Of a stretch of DNA of 64,000 bases, positions 1 through 9,468 are shown piece by piece (position 1 is the stretch's first letter; each line of letters opens with the position of its first letter). Origin of the DNA: an uncultured virus (IMG/VR IMGVR_UViG_3300001605_000032) (taxonomy: Duplodnaviria; Heunggongvirae; Uroviricota; Caudoviricetes); the IMG/VR virus record IMGVR_UViG_3300001605_000032, positions 1 through 64,000 of that record; one strand, given 5' to 3'. Both the position numbers and the translations under genes were made by a program. The notes beneath the pieces are model-generated. The model was not told where the DNA came from. It saw only the letters and a program-made list of their open reading frames with translations, and searched no databases.

Positions 1-19
1 CGCGGGGCACAGTCGCCGG

Positions 20-66
20 CAGGGAGACCGGCGCGCTGATAGCCGCCGGTCTCCCTGTCCTTTTTT
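20..66 (+). terminator. Rho-independent terminator-like hairpin
   Basis: CAGGGAGACCGGCG...CGCCGGTCTCCCTG, a 14-bp stem, followed by TCC-TTTTTT. Confidence 0.65.
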
Positions 67-69
67 CTG

Positions 70-357
70 GTGGTTCAGATGTCGTCGAGCGCTGAAATTC
101 TCAATCGCGTAGCAGATCGCATGACGGCCGACATACTGAGCCGGCCGCGCATTGCACGCTCACCAACAGATCGCGATTACGCCGACGTACAGCAACGGCT
201 GTACCGGCTGGCGAGCGCGGCCACACCATCAACGCGACCTGCATTGCTGACGCGGCGTGACCCAGATTGGGAGCGCTCAGCTGCGATGATTGACGAACTG
301 CATGCCGAATTGCTCCGCCTGCGTGTGCAGCGTGCTCTCAACGAGGTTTCCCGATGA
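70..357 (+). CDS. hypothetical phage protein (start uncertain)
   Basis: Its stop overlaps the ATG of the next gene (ATGA coupling at 354-357). Confidence 0.5.
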   Translation: MVQMSSSAEILNRVADRMTADILSRPRIARSPTDRDYADVQQRLYRLASAATPSTRPALLTRRDPDWERSAAMIDELHAELLRLRVQRALNEVSR

Positions 358-1577
358 TTGGACAGGATGTGTGGCTGGCGTGGCGCATGGCTTTGAAGGG
401 CGAGGCTTTGCCGATTGATCAGCAACTACCCACCGGCCATGGTGGCGTCGATGGCCATCCTCAGCCCGGCCTCTACCGCCGCAAGGAAGGCGGGGGCTGG
501 CAGGACGGAAAGCGGCAGCCGCACACGTGGGTGCCTGTTCGGATCTTTCTGACCGACGATGACGGACAGACCGCGCACAAGTGGCAGGACGGTCTCAAGA
601 TCAACGCTGTCCAGGGCCGCGACACCGTCGTCGATCCTCTCAAAATCTGGTCGTGGTGCCAGACGCGCGACGCCACCGGAAAGATTGCCGTTCCCGACGC
701 GATCAAGCAGGACATCTACAAACATTGGATCGAACATGGCCGCTGGCCGGATGACGCGCCAGCGCCGACAGAACACCAGCCGGAGCCCGATGATAGGGCG
801 GCTCCTCCACCTCCCACGCCTGACTCTGGCTCGGCTCCGGCTGGTCTTGGTCACAATAGGGCGGAAGACGATGAAGGTTTCGACGCGCTGGTGCGCATCA
901 TTCAGCAGAACGACGCGGCGACGCAGGAATGGCTTAAGACGTTGCCGGAAGGCCGCTCTGCCGGCGACAAGGCGTCGAACTGGCTGACCGACATTCGCGG
1001 TCTCAAGAACAAGTACGAGGCGCTGTACGACAGTGAGAAGGCGCCCATTCAGGATGCACTCAACGCATTCGAGGCAAAGTGGGGACCGTACAGGCGGATC
1101 GTGGAAGCTACCCGTAGGCGGCTGGCCGACGCGGTGACGCTGATCGGCGACAAGGAACGCAAGCGGCTGCAGGCCATCGCCGACGCGGATGCGCGCAAAA
1201 AAGCCGAAGCCATCAGGGCTCAGCTTGAAGCCGAACGTGCCGCGAAGATGGAAGCCAAGCGCAAGGCGCGCGAGGAAGCCGCTGCGCAAGCCGGGATGCT
1301 GCCGCTTGATCCTCCACCACCGGAGCCGGAACCAGAGCCCATAGTCGTTCACGTGCAGGCCGAGCCGGTGAAAGTGCAGTTCGGCGGATCAACGGGACGC
1401 AAGGTTGGGCTTAAGACGGTCAAGAAAGCCGTCATCACCGATTGGCAGGCAGCGGCTGCGCACTATGCAATGTCGCCGCGCGTTCAGGAGATCGTGCAGA
1501 AATTGGCCGACGCCGACGCCAAAAACGGCGTGGCGTGTCCAGGTTCATCGATCAACGACACCGTAGCGGCGGCGTGA
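354..1577 (+). CDS. phage early protein with Pro-rich linker and long coiled coil
   Basis: 407-aa ORF with PQPGLYR N-terminal motif, GHN motif and helical C-terminal half; lies upstream of the recombination genes. Confidence 0.75.
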   Translation: MIGQDVWLAWRMALKGEALPIDQQLPTGHGGVDGHPQPGLYRRKEGGGWQDGKRQPHTWVPVRIFLTDDDGQTAHKWQDGLKINAVQGRDTVVDPLKIWSWCQTRDATGKIAVPDAIKQDIYKHWIEHGRWPDDAPAPTEHQPEPDDRAAPPPPTPDSGSAPAGLGHNRAEDDEGFDALVRIIQQNDAATQEWLKTLPEGRSAGDKASNWLTDIRGLKNKYEALYDSEKAPIQDALNAFEAKWGPYRRIVEATRRRLADAVTLIGDKERKRLQAIADADARKKAEAIRAQLEAERAAKMEAKRKAREEAAAQAGMLPLDPPPPEPEPEPIVVHVQAEPVKVQFGGSTGRKVGLKTVKKAVITDWQAAAAHYAMSPRVQEIVQKLADADAKNGVACPGSSINDTVAAA

Positions 1578-1588
1578 CGGGGGAACAG

Positions 1589-1888
1589 ATGAGCGAGACA
1601 ACGTTTACATCGGGGCCGTGGAACGTCGTCACTTTTTCCGACGGTGTTTTGGTCAGCACACCTAGCACGTGCGTCGCGGAGGTGATGAGAAGCGAATTAG
1701 AGCCGCATCGCATCCCGACGAAGGCAAACGCCGCCCTGATAGCAGCCGCGCCTGATCTCTATGCGGCGCTAAACAGTCTTTTATCAGCCGTGCGCAGCAT
1801 AGAGTATGCGGCGGGTTGGGAGACTGACCATCTTGAGGAGTCGCGCATGGCTGAAGCAGCCCTTGCCAAAGCGCGAGGCGAGACATGA
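1589..1888 (+). CDS. small phage protein with TxGPW...ANAxLIAAAP motifs
   Basis: MSETTFTSGPW start; ANAALIAAAPDLYAAL motif common in phage early proteins. Confidence 0.7.
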   Translation: MSETTFTSGPWNVVTFSDGVLVSTPSTCVAEVMRSELEPHRIPTKANAALIAAAPDLYAALNSLLSAVRSIEYAAGWETDHLEESRMAEAALAKARGET

Positions 1889-2139
1889 GCGAATACCGCC
1901 CCGACGAGTCATCACCAATCAAACAAGCCAGCACCGCGCTCTCATATCGGCATGGACGTATCGACGGGCTGAGCGGAAAGAAAAGTGATCCATTCGGCGC
2001 CGATGCCGATGATTGGGCCGCGTATCGCAAGGGATACGAGCACGGTCAAAGCGAGCGCCGGCCAAAGTTCCCGATATTGGCTGTCGCGGCGTCGATGGCC
2101 GTTCTGGTGGCTGTTTTTATTTGGTGGAGGATTGGATGA
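1885..2139 (+). CDS. hypothetical protein with C-terminal transmembrane helix
   Basis: ATGA coupling at both ends; hydrophobic C-terminus ILAVAASMAVLVAVFIWW. Confidence 0.65.
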   Translation: MSEYRPDESSPIKQASTALSYRHGRIDGLSGKKSDPFGADADDWAAYRKGYEHGQSERRPKFPILAVAASMAVLVAVFIWWRIG

Positions 2140-2405
2140 GCAAGATCGACGACGGGCCGCCCAGAATTAATCCCGCGGAAGTTGCTTTGGAAATTTTGAT
2201 CAAGTGGATGGCCGTGCAAGAGGCTCGCACTATCGCCGATCAAATGAGTGAAGAAAGCCGTACTCGCGACTGGTTTGCCGGCATGGCTTTGAGTGGTCTA
2301 ATTTCGACACTTGAGTACCCCGACGCGGACATGGCGTTTCGCTGTTACGCGCTGGCCGACGCTATGATTGATGCCCGCAAGGCCGATCCGGAGGGCGACG
2401 CATGA
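2136..2405 (+). CDS. small phage protein with RDWFAGMAL motif
   Basis: TRDWFAGMALSGL...CYALADAMI, a pattern frequent in phage small proteins; ATGA coupling. Confidence 0.7.
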   Translation: MSKIDDGPPRINPAEVALEILIKWMAVQEARTIADQMSEESRTRDWFAGMALSGLISTLEYPDADMAFRCYALADAMIDARKADPEGDA

Positions 2406-3316
2406 ACGCCGTAGCGAAGCCAGCACGAACACCAAAGCCGACCGACGTTGCTACATTTGAGGCGCCACGCCTGCCATGGCACGACGCTATCGGCGAGCGG
2501 TTCCACGATCTTGGCGTCACTCGCGCCACGTGGAAGGTTTTGTGCGAAGCCATATGGCCAGCGGCCAAGACATCGAACAGCGTTGTGATGGCGCTGTCCT
2601 ATTGCCAGTCTCGCCGGCTCGATCCGTTCAAGAAGGTCGTTCACATCGTTCCGGTGTGGGACTCTCAGAAAGGCGGATACGTCGAGACGGTGTGGCCGTC
2701 GATATCCGAGATGCGCACCACGGCGTTTCGCACGGGCCAGTATGCCGGATGCGACGAGACCAAGTTTGGACCCGACATTGAGCGCACGTTCAAGGATAAG
2801 GTGAAGCGTGACGGCAAGTGGATCGAGGATTCCAAGACTATCACGTTTCCAGAGTGGGCACAGATCACCGTGTATCGCATGGTCGGTGGCCAGCGCGTGG
2901 CATTTGTAGGACCGCGCATCTACTGGACGGAATATTATGCTCGCATGGGGCGATCAGAAATCCCTAACGAGATGTGGACTAGGCGCCCGCGCGCTCAGCC
3001 GGAAAAATGCGCTGAAGCTGGTGCGCTCCGCAAGGCATTCCCCGAAGAATTGGGCAACGAATACTCGGCCGAAGAGATGGAAGGCCAGCGTTTCTGGCAC
3101 GAGATGCGCGACATCACACCAAAGCCGGTGCAGGTCGCATCACCAGAGACCTTCGCCATCCCAGAGCCAGACGAGCCGGCACCGGCTGCGGCAGAGCAGA
3201 AAGCGCCAGCGCCAGCCGCTGCCAAGACACTGCCACCAGATGACATTCCATCCGACGCCATGCCGCCAGATGACGACGACGGCTGGCCAGGACCGAAAGG
3301 GCAGGATCGCAGGTAG
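2402..3316 (+). CDS. bet: RecT/Bet-family single-strand annealing protein
   Basis: LDPFKKVVHIVP, RTTAFRTGQYAG, WTRRPRAQPEKCAEAGALRKAFPEELG and YSAEEM motifs; acidic Pro-rich tail. Confidence 0.85.
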   Translation: MNAVAKPARTPKPTDVATFEAPRLPWHDAIGERFHDLGVTRATWKVLCEAIWPAAKTSNSVVMALSYCQSRRLDPFKKVVHIVPVWDSQKGGYVETVWPSISEMRTTAFRTGQYAGCDETKFGPDIERTFKDKVKRDGKWIEDSKTITFPEWAQITVYRMVGGQRVAFVGPRIYWTEYYARMGRSEIPNEMWTRRPRAQPEKCAEAGALRKAFPEELGNEYSAEEMEGQRFWHEMRDITPKPVQVASPETFAIPEPDEPAPAAAEQKAPAPAAAKTLPPDDIPSDAMPPDDDDGWPGPKGQDRR

Positions 3317-3340
3317 TTATCTTCATACAGGGGAAGTCCA

Positions 3341-4183
3341 ATGACCGTTCTTGATAGAATACACAGGCCGTCATCGACCAAGTTCGTCTCCGAGTTGATC
3401 ACCATCACGCCAGACATGGCGGCGCAGTGGCTGGAAATGAACAAGAAAAACCGCAAGGTGCGTAGCGGTGTCGTGGACAAGTATGCGCGCGACATGAAGG
3501 CCAAGCGATGGCAGGTCACCGGAGATGCTGTCCGGTTCGACAAGGACACCAACCTGATCGACGGCCAGCATCGATTGCTGGCGTGCGTCAAGTCCAACAC
3601 ACCATTCGAGACGCTGGTGATCTACGGCCTTCCGCCAGAGAGTCAGGACGTGATGGATCAAGGCGCAGTGCGTCGATCCGAAGACGTGCTGTCTTTACGC
3701 GGCTGGCAAAACGTGACGGGTCTTTCCGCTACGGCTCGCGTGCTGCTTGCCGAACGCGACGGTAGCACATCGTGGGGCAACAATAGATACTCGACGGCGG
3801 AAGTGCTGGCCGTCATCGACAAGCACCGCATCATGAGCCGGTACATTCCAGCGCCAGGACATTTGCCGCGCGGCATCTCGATCGCACAGGTTGGGTTCCT
3901 TGGCTACGTCGCCGCCGCGTTTCTTGAGCATGGCGAAGAAACGCAACGTACCATGATGGAAGTGCTGAAGACAGGCGTTCCGTCTTATCCCGGCGATCCC
4001 ATCCACGCCTATCGCGAGCGCATTCTTCGGATGTCCGACGACATCATGAAGATCAAGCGCGAAGCACGATGGAACACGTTCAAGCACGCGTTCAACCTCT
4101 TCCGAAAGACAGAGCCTGTGCAATCGCTGCGGTTCGGTCGCGATACGTGCACGATCATCGGGCTTGATCTGAAGAAGCTGTAG
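3341..4183 (+). CDS. ParB/Srx-like N-terminal domain protein
   Basis: ITPDMAAQWL, NRKV, YARDM and LIDGQHRLLA motifs. Confidence 0.75.
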   Translation: MTVLDRIHRPSSTKFVSELITITPDMAAQWLEMNKKNRKVRSGVVDKYARDMKAKRWQVTGDAVRFDKDTNLIDGQHRLLACVKSNTPFETLVIYGLPPESQDVMDQGAVRRSEDVLSLRGWQNVTGLSATARVLLAERDGSTSWGNNRYSTAEVLAVIDKHRIMSRYIPAPGHLPRGISIAQVGFLGYVAAAFLEHGEETQRTMMEVLKTGVPSYPGDPIHAYRERILRMSDDIMKIKREARWNTFKHAFNLFRKTEPVQSLRFGRDTCTIIGLDLKKL

Positions 4184-4198
4184 CGTTGGAGGTTCGTC

Positions 4199-4381
4199 AT
4201 GGACGACGAAATCACAGCAGAGTTGTGGCTGCTCACGCACGCCGCTTTGAAGCGCAACCGCTACCGCATCGTGATCAAGACTCAAGACGGCACGTACTGG
4301 CGGCGAGAGTCCGACAAATCGTACGTGCTGCTCAGCAAGAAACCTAACGGCGAGCCCAAGGTGCAGCGTCTTGACCGATGA
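4199..4381 (+). CDS. hypothetical protein
   Basis: GGAGG RBS upstream; fills the gap in the operon. Confidence 0.55.
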   Translation: MDDEITAELWLLTHAALKRNRYRIVIKTQDGTYWRRESDKSYVLLSKKPNGEPKVQRLDR

Positions 4382-4856
4382 TGCAACACAAGCCCAGCCA
4401 AAGGAAAAAGCCGTCTGCGCGACGTGCGGCCAGCCAATCCGAAACAGGTCTCGACGGGACCACGGCATGTATTGGGCGGTGTTGCGTGAGGCGTTCAAGA
4501 ACTGGCCGGAGCATCATCGGTTCAAGCCGCGCGATGTGGAGCATTTGCACGGCTGGTTATTGATCGAGGGTGGATACCACATCAGCACAGAGATCGAGGT
4601 ATCCGACGACGAAGCGGAAGCAGCAAAGGCAATGGCTCGCGCGATTTTCTCTGTCACGGCGCGCGAGATACACGACATGCGGTTGATGCGTTCAGGTCCA
4701 GGCGTATGGCGCATCTGCGTTCCTGACAGTCTGGCCTACGAATCCGCAGGCAAAGCTAAGTACGAAGCCATGCGAGCTGCTGTGTACGAGATCATCGTCG
4801 CAGCACTTGGATTGGAATCGATTGAATTTCTGAAGAGGGAACCATCACATGCCTGA
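4371..4856 (+). CDS. hypothetical protein, DUF1367/NinB-like
   Basis: RSRRDHGMYWAVLREAFKNWPE...HLHGWLLIEGGY...PDSLAY pattern. Confidence 0.55.
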   Translation: MTDDATQAQPKEKAVCATCGQPIRNRSRRDHGMYWAVLREAFKNWPEHHRFKPRDVEHLHGWLLIEGGYHISTEIEVSDDEAEAAKAMARAIFSVTAREIHDMRLMRSGPGVWRICVPDSLAYESAGKAKYEAMRAAVYEIIVAALGLESIEFLKREPSHA

Positions 4857-5112
4857 TTACGACATTGATCTGATGGAGACGATGCCGACACCGGATGAGG
4901 CCCGCTTGGGCGTCCTGCACGTGGAAGTGCTGCACTGGGGAAGAACCACGTTGGTGAAATTCATTGGCGGGAATGGCTTCGAGACGTTGGGCACGTACAC
5001 TGCCGGCCCGCGCAACAACGTGATCGACGCGCGAATTGCCATCGCTCGCGCGAATGCCACGCAGCGGCTGTGCCGGTGGCTGGATCGCCAGCAAGATAGG
5101 GCGCCAGCGTGA
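4849..5112 (+). CDS. hypothetical protein
   Basis: Overlaps the neighbouring genes in the same operon. Confidence 0.55.
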   Translation: MPDYDIDLMETMPTPDEARLGVLHVEVLHWGRTTLVKFIGGNGFETLGTYTAGPRNNVIDARIAIARANATQRLCRWLDRQQDRAPA

Positions 5113-5546
5113 ATCGCAAAGACCCAACGCTCACCGAAAAGCTGTGCACTATGATCCTGGTGTGGCTGGAAGTGCCGCACGTCAAAGCCAGGTCGATGTC
5201 TCGCGACGAGATCCTGGCGATGGTGGAATGGGATCACTATCCGGTGCCGTTTGCCGTCGCCCGCGACAATGGATGGATGATTCACGAGATCAACCATCCG
5301 TCTAATCTCAAGCCGACGTTGGCCGACGATCACGCTATCAAGACGGCGAAGAAGGATGTTCCGGAGATCGCCAAAGGCAAACGGATTTCGGCGAAGCACG
5401 CTGAGTTTCGTGAGCGCATACTGGCCAAGTCCGGAGTCGCGACAGAACCGGAGCGTCGCGACAGAAAAGTGTCGCGATTTGCTGGCGGTCGGAAGATGCA
5501 GTCGCGTCCGTTCAAACGCAGGCCACAAAACGGCAGGCAAGCATGA
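5109..5546 (+). CDS. degenerate HNH-like endonuclease
   Basis: EWDHYPVP...NHPSNL...DHAIKTAKKD matches the pattern of short alphaproteobacterial phage HNH proteins. Confidence 0.6.
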   Translation: MNRKDPTLTEKLCTMILVWLEVPHVKARSMSRDEILAMVEWDHYPVPFAVARDNGWMIHEINHPSNLKPTLADDHAIKTAKKDVPEIAKGKRISAKHAEFRERILAKSGVATEPERRDRKVSRFAGGRKMQSRPFKRRPQNGRQA

Positions 5547-6109
5547 AATCTCGGCGTGACATTCTGAAAGGCGGTGCTGCTGTTGCGGCGGCAGCTATCA
5601 TGCCAACCGTTCCCGTCGCCGCTATGGCAGTCACCAAAGCCGTTCCGGCCGCATCTCCGCCGTTGGTCGGTTGGTCGGTAGGCACGGAAGGGGCCATGAA
5701 TTGGGAGGCAGTATTTGCGCCAACGAGCGAGGATGCCATCAAGGAGTGGCTTTCAATCAAGGGAACGTGCGATGGCTGTCCGCACGACACGGGTGCAGAC
5801 GATGTGTGCGAGTGCTACCCAGATATTGACAGCCACAGATCAAAAGCGTTTGACCGCTACGCTGACGCGGATCGCGTTCCAGACACGGCTAAGCATCTCG
5901 ACGGGTGGTGCAACATTGATTGCGACCGCTGCGGATGGTCCAGTGACGAAACTGCATCTGAGGACGTGAACCATATTGTTGGCGACGAAATCGTTTGTGA
6001 GGGATGTATGACGTTAGTCGATTGGAAGATAGCAGACCCGGAATATTATGAAGAACAAGTTGAGTTGATGCTTGATGAGGAATACGGCGAAGAATCAAAA
6101 AGCGTATAG
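5543..6109 (+). CDS. twin-arginine (Tat) signal protein with Cys-rich domain
   Basis: MKSRRDILKGGAAVAAAA signal; CxxC motifs CDGC, CDRC and CEGC. Confidence 0.7.
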   Translation: MKSRRDILKGGAAVAAAAIMPTVPVAAMAVTKAVPAASPPLVGWSVGTEGAMNWEAVFAPTSEDAIKEWLSIKGTCDGCPHDTGADDVCECYPDIDSHRSKAFDRYADADRVPDTAKHLDGWCNIDCDRCGWSSDETASEDVNHIVGDEIVCEGCMTLVDWKIADPEYYEEQVELMLDEEYGEESKSV

Positions 6110-6121
6110 CAGGAGGTAGCC

Positions 6122-6337
6122 ATGCCGAGTGTCGTGACAGTAATCGTCGAGTGGCAGGGCGTAGACAAGCCAGCGCGTATCTCACGGGGAAACCGATCGT
6201 GGGATCAATGGCTCGGCGACGACACCATCAGGCAGATGGGGATGGCGAAAATATGCCAGTTCAAAGCGGAGCGTGTTGACGGCGTTTGGTTCATTGGCCC
6301 GCGTTGCGATGGGCGAGAGCGCAAGCAGATTGGATAG
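6122..6337 (+). CDS. hypothetical protein
   Basis: AGGAGG RBS; 71-aa ORF. Confidence 0.6.
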   Translation: MPSVVTVIVEWQGVDKPARISRGNRSWDQWLGDDTIRQMGMAKICQFKAERVDGVWFIGPRCDGRERKQIG

Positions 6338-6341
6338 AACA

Positions 6342-6503
6342 ATGCACACGATAGCAAGGCACAGCGCCGTGCCACTCATCACAGCGCTGATTATCGCTGC
6401 GATGGTGGTGGCCGTTCTGGAGTTTGGAACGGCGTCGGTTGGTCCACCGGATAGGGGACAGCCGGAATCGTTTTGGGAATCGTTGCGGGGAACGAATGGG
6501 TAG
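6342..6503 (+). CDS. small membrane protein
   Basis: MHTIARHSAVPLITALIIAAMVVAVLEFG hydrophobic helix. Confidence 0.5.
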   Translation: MHTIARHSAVPLITALIIAAMVVAVLEFGTASVGPPDRGQPESFWESLRGTNG

Positions 6504-6541
6504 GATGATGCAACAAGTGTAATGGCATGATGTGAATTTGC

Positions 6542-6611
6542 GTAGTCACAGTGACTACTATCCATCATAACATCAAACCAAGCGTAACCACAAAGTAGTC
6601 ACCATGACTAT
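6542..6611. promoter_or_regulatory. pair of palindromic operators
   Basis: GTAGTCAC-A-GTGACTAC (6542-6558, perfect) and GTAGTCAC-C-ATGACTAT (6595-6611), the latter overlapping the start of the HTH gene. Confidence 0.7.
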
Positions 6612-6942
6612 GACATGCTTTGAGATCAGAGCCGCGCTTGATGATTTGCGTATATCCCAGGCTAGGTTTGCTATTCTTTGTGGCGTGGATCGCCAACAAG
6701 TTTGGCGTTGGTGCGATGGCTGGACGCCAGTTCCTGAATACGCAAAGGCTTTGTTGTCCATGTTGAAATGCCGCGACCCGGTTCGCGTTTTGAACGGACA
6801 TCGCGAGACGTGGCAGGTCACCAAGCGCCACGTCTACCGACGCGGCACGACGTTCAAAGCGCTGGCCAAACGGTGGCATCCGGATGTGGCCGGCCGCGAT
6901 ACGACAGCCGAAATGCAGATAGTGTTGAGGTTCAGAACGTAG
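6604..6942 (+). CDS. XRE-type HTH protein fused to a minimal J-domain-like segment
   Basis: ISQARFAILCGVDRQQVWRWCDG HTH; C-terminal FKALAKRWHPDVAG with HPD motif. Confidence 0.7.
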   Translation: MTMTCFEIRAALDDLRISQARFAILCGVDRQQVWRWCDGWTPVPEYAKALLSMLKCRDPVRVLNGHRETWQVTKRHVYRRGTTFKALAKRWHPDVAGRDTTAEMQIVLRFRT

Positions 6943-7023
6943 GATGGCCCATAAACGCCCTTTCCCGATTGACGCATTTGCCGAACGGCAGTACATTTTG
7001 CACTGACTAGGGCAACGATCACC

Positions 7024-7119
7024 ATGACATCTGAACACATCATAACCATCTGTCTGATCATCGCCGTCATTGCCATCGCGGTTACTGCTGGATGGCTACT
7101 GAGCGACACCGAGGATTGA
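7024..7119 (+). CDS. 31-aa single-pass membrane peptide
   Basis: Translated by hand as MTSEHIITICLIIAVIAIAVTAGWLLSDTED; ends 2 nt before the exonuclease ATG. Confidence 0.5.
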   Translation: MTSEHIITICLIIAVIAIAVTAGWLLSDTED

Positions 7120-7121
7120 CC

Positions 7122-7988
7122 ATGCACGTTCACCTGATCGACGGCTCCGGCTACATCTACCGTGCATTCTACGGCTTGCCGCCGCTCACGCGTCCATCGG
7201 ACGGCATGGCCATCCACGCCGTGTACGGCTACTGCAAGATGCTCACCGCGATCGTCGATGAGCACGCGCCGCAGCACATGGCCGTCATCATGGACGGTGG
7301 GAGATCTGGAAGGACCGAGATCGATCCAGAGTACAAGGCCAACCGCAAGCCGCGTCCGCCAGAACTGATTGCGCAGATCGATCTGATGCACGAGGCCACG
7401 ACGGCTCACGGCATCGCGGCGATCAAGATCGACGGCATGGAGGCCGACGACGTTATCGCAACCTACGCCCGTATCATCAGCGACATGGGCGGCGAGGTGA
7501 CGGTGCACACTTCCGACAAGGATTTGATGCAACTGCTCACCATCGACGGTGTGCGGATGTTCGACCATCTGAAGCGACAAGACGTGACACCGGAGGTGTG
7601 CGCTACGCGGCTTGGCGTGACGCCCGATCAGGTGCTCGACTATCTGTCACTGGTTGGAGATGCCTCAGACAACATTCCAGGGGTGCCGGGCATCGGCGCG
7701 AAGTCGGCGGCGTCGCTGCTTCAAGTCCACGGCACGCTAGACGCCATCATTGAACTGGCTCAGACCAATCCGCCGATGCTGGCGTGCAAGCCAAAGCAAG
7801 CGCAGTCGATCGCCGACAATATCGAAACTGCGATACGCTCGCGCGATCTGGCTCGGTTGCGCGTTATCGATGATCTGCCGGAAGTCGATGGAATGGTGTT
7901 CGGTGGCTTGCCGTATGACCGGCTCATACCGTTCTGCGAAGCGTACGAGTTTGCCGAGATGGTCGGTAGGTATCGGGAGGCGGCATGA
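7122..7988 (+). CDS. stand-alone 5'-3' exonuclease / flap endonuclease (PolA N-terminal-like)
   Basis: LIDGSGYIYRAFY, YKANR, EADDVIAT, SDKDLMQL and LVGDASDNIPGVPGIGAKSA motifs. Confidence 0.92.
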   Translation: MHVHLIDGSGYIYRAFYGLPPLTRPSDGMAIHAVYGYCKMLTAIVDEHAPQHMAVIMDGGRSGRTEIDPEYKANRKPRPPELIAQIDLMHEATTAHGIAAIKIDGMEADDVIATYARIISDMGGEVTVHTSDKDLMQLLTIDGVRMFDHLKRQDVTPEVCATRLGVTPDQVLDYLSLVGDASDNIPGVPGIGAKSAASLLQVHGTLDAIIELAQTNPPMLACKPKQAQSIADNIETAIRSRDLARLRVIDDLPEVDGMVFGGLPYDRLIPFCEAYEFAEMVGRYREAA

Positions 7989-8239
7989 TCGACATGTGGC
8001 AACCGATTGCGACAGCGCCTATGGACGGCACATACGTCGACCTATGGTGCAAGCGTTCGTGGAATCCTCCGCAAACTCATGAGCGCTCAACTGATATGTA
8101 CTGGTGCAGAATACACAAGTGCTGGCGCAAGCGTGGAAATGAGCACGTCGTCGATACGTTTTGGAAGCCTAGTCCAGACCGGCATCTCATCCCGACGCAT
8201 TGGATGCCGGTTTTTTTGCCGCCGAGCGACAAGCCATGA
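7985..8239 (+). CDS. DUF551-like phage protein
   Basis: WQPIATAPMDGT...PTHWMP motifs. Confidence 0.8.
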   Translation: MIDMWQPIATAPMDGTYVDLWCKRSWNPPQTHERSTDMYWCRIHKCWRKRGNEHVVDTFWKPSPDRHLIPTHWMPVFLPPSDKP

Positions 8240-8580
8240 GCGAGCCACACGCCCTTGAAACGCCACTGACCATCGACGAGGTCGCGGTGCACCTTCGATG
8301 CACCACCCGAACCGTGCGCCGCATCCCGAAGGGCTGTTTGCCATGGCTCAAGATCGGCAAGGCACGGCAGTATCTACCATCCCACGTTCAGGCGTTTATG
8401 ATGGAGCAGGCATCAGGCAAGCCAGTTCCGAAGGAGATCGCGCCATGTGGGTCACGAAAATCAAGGCGTCGCCATTCTGGTACGCCAGATTCAACCATCC
8501 CGACCCCAGCAAACCCGTCGTTTCGGTCTCTACAAAGTGCGCGCACAAGCGGCAAGCGGTTGCTCGTGGACGCGAGCTAG
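8236..8580 (+). CDS. xis: excisionase-like HTH protein
   Basis: LTIDEVAVHLRCTTRTVRRI...LPWLKIGKARQY; directly upstream of and overlapping the integrase. Confidence 0.75.
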   Translation: MSEPHALETPLTIDEVAVHLRCTTRTVRRIPKGCLPWLKIGKARQYLPSHVQAFMMEQASGKPVPKEIAPCGSRKSRRRHSGTPDSTIPTPANPSFRSLQSARTSGKRLLVDAS

Positions 8581-9449
8581 AGGCAGAGTTCATCGCCGAT
8601 TGGGAGCGCAGCAAGGCAGGAGCGCCCAAGACACTTGGGCAGGTCATAGATGAGTATTGGGAGACCGAGGCGAAGGGGCTGAAGGCCGGCGTGACGCACG
8701 TGTTCCCGCATCTCGACAGGATCGACAAGTTCCTGGGCGGCAAGATGTACCACGAGATCACCATTGCCGACGTCGCACGGTTTGCCGATCAGATGGCGGC
8801 AGACGGGTTCTCGCCATCGACGATCAACCGGGCGCTGTCGGTATGGCGGCGCATGCACAATCTGGCGTTCAAGGTTCGGCTGTACCCGGTCAAGATGATC
8901 GACTGGTCAAAGGTCCGGCGCACGGAGCCACCGCCGCGCGATGCCCATCTGACGCACGATCAACTACACACGATCTTTTCGTCGTTGCCAACCCATGCGC
9001 GCGAGATCGCCATGTTTGGGTTGCTGGTCGGTTTACGCAAGAGCCAGGTGCTAACCTTGACCTGGGACAGCGTGGATCTGGATCACGGCACCGTCACGGT
9101 CTACCGCAAGCACAGGAAGGCGCAAGACCGGCATACGATCCCGATCCGTGAGGAAGCGTTGCGTCTGCTGGATCACCGTAAGGCGCTGGCAACGTCGGAC
9201 ATGGTATTCGACATCACCTACTTTAGGGGACATTGGGAAAAGGCCGTGAATGACGCCGGCATGAAGGGTCGTGTGCGGTTTCACGATCTGCGGCATTCGT
9301 TCGCAACGCTGGCAGCTCGCACGACACCACTCCACGTGCTTCAAGAGTTGCTGGGACACTCCGATATCAAGGTAACCATGCGTTACAGCCACGCAAGAGC
9401 GGGCGACATGAGGGCAGCGCTTAAGAGGCTGCCGGTGGTCGACGTTTAG
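8445..9449 (+). CDS. int: tyrosine recombinase (phage integrase)
   Basis: AAGGAG RBS at 8431; catalytic motifs GLRKSQ, FHDLRHSFA and LLGHSDIKVTMRY. Confidence 0.93.
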   Translation: MWVTKIKASPFWYARFNHPDPSKPVVSVSTKCAHKRQAVARGRELEAEFIADWERSKAGAPKTLGQVIDEYWETEAKGLKAGVTHVFPHLDRIDKFLGGKMYHEITIADVARFADQMAADGFSPSTINRALSVWRRMHNLAFKVRLYPVKMIDWSKVRRTEPPPRDAHLTHDQLHTIFSSLPTHAREIAMFGLLVGLRKSQVLTLTWDSVDLDHGTVTVYRKHRKAQDRHTIPIREEALRLLDHRKALATSDMVFDITYFRGHWEKAVNDAGMKGRVRFHDLRHSFATLAARTTPLHVLQELLGHSDIKVTMRYSHARAGDMRAALKRLPVVDV

Positions 9450-9468
9450 AGAACCGAGCCGATATCGT

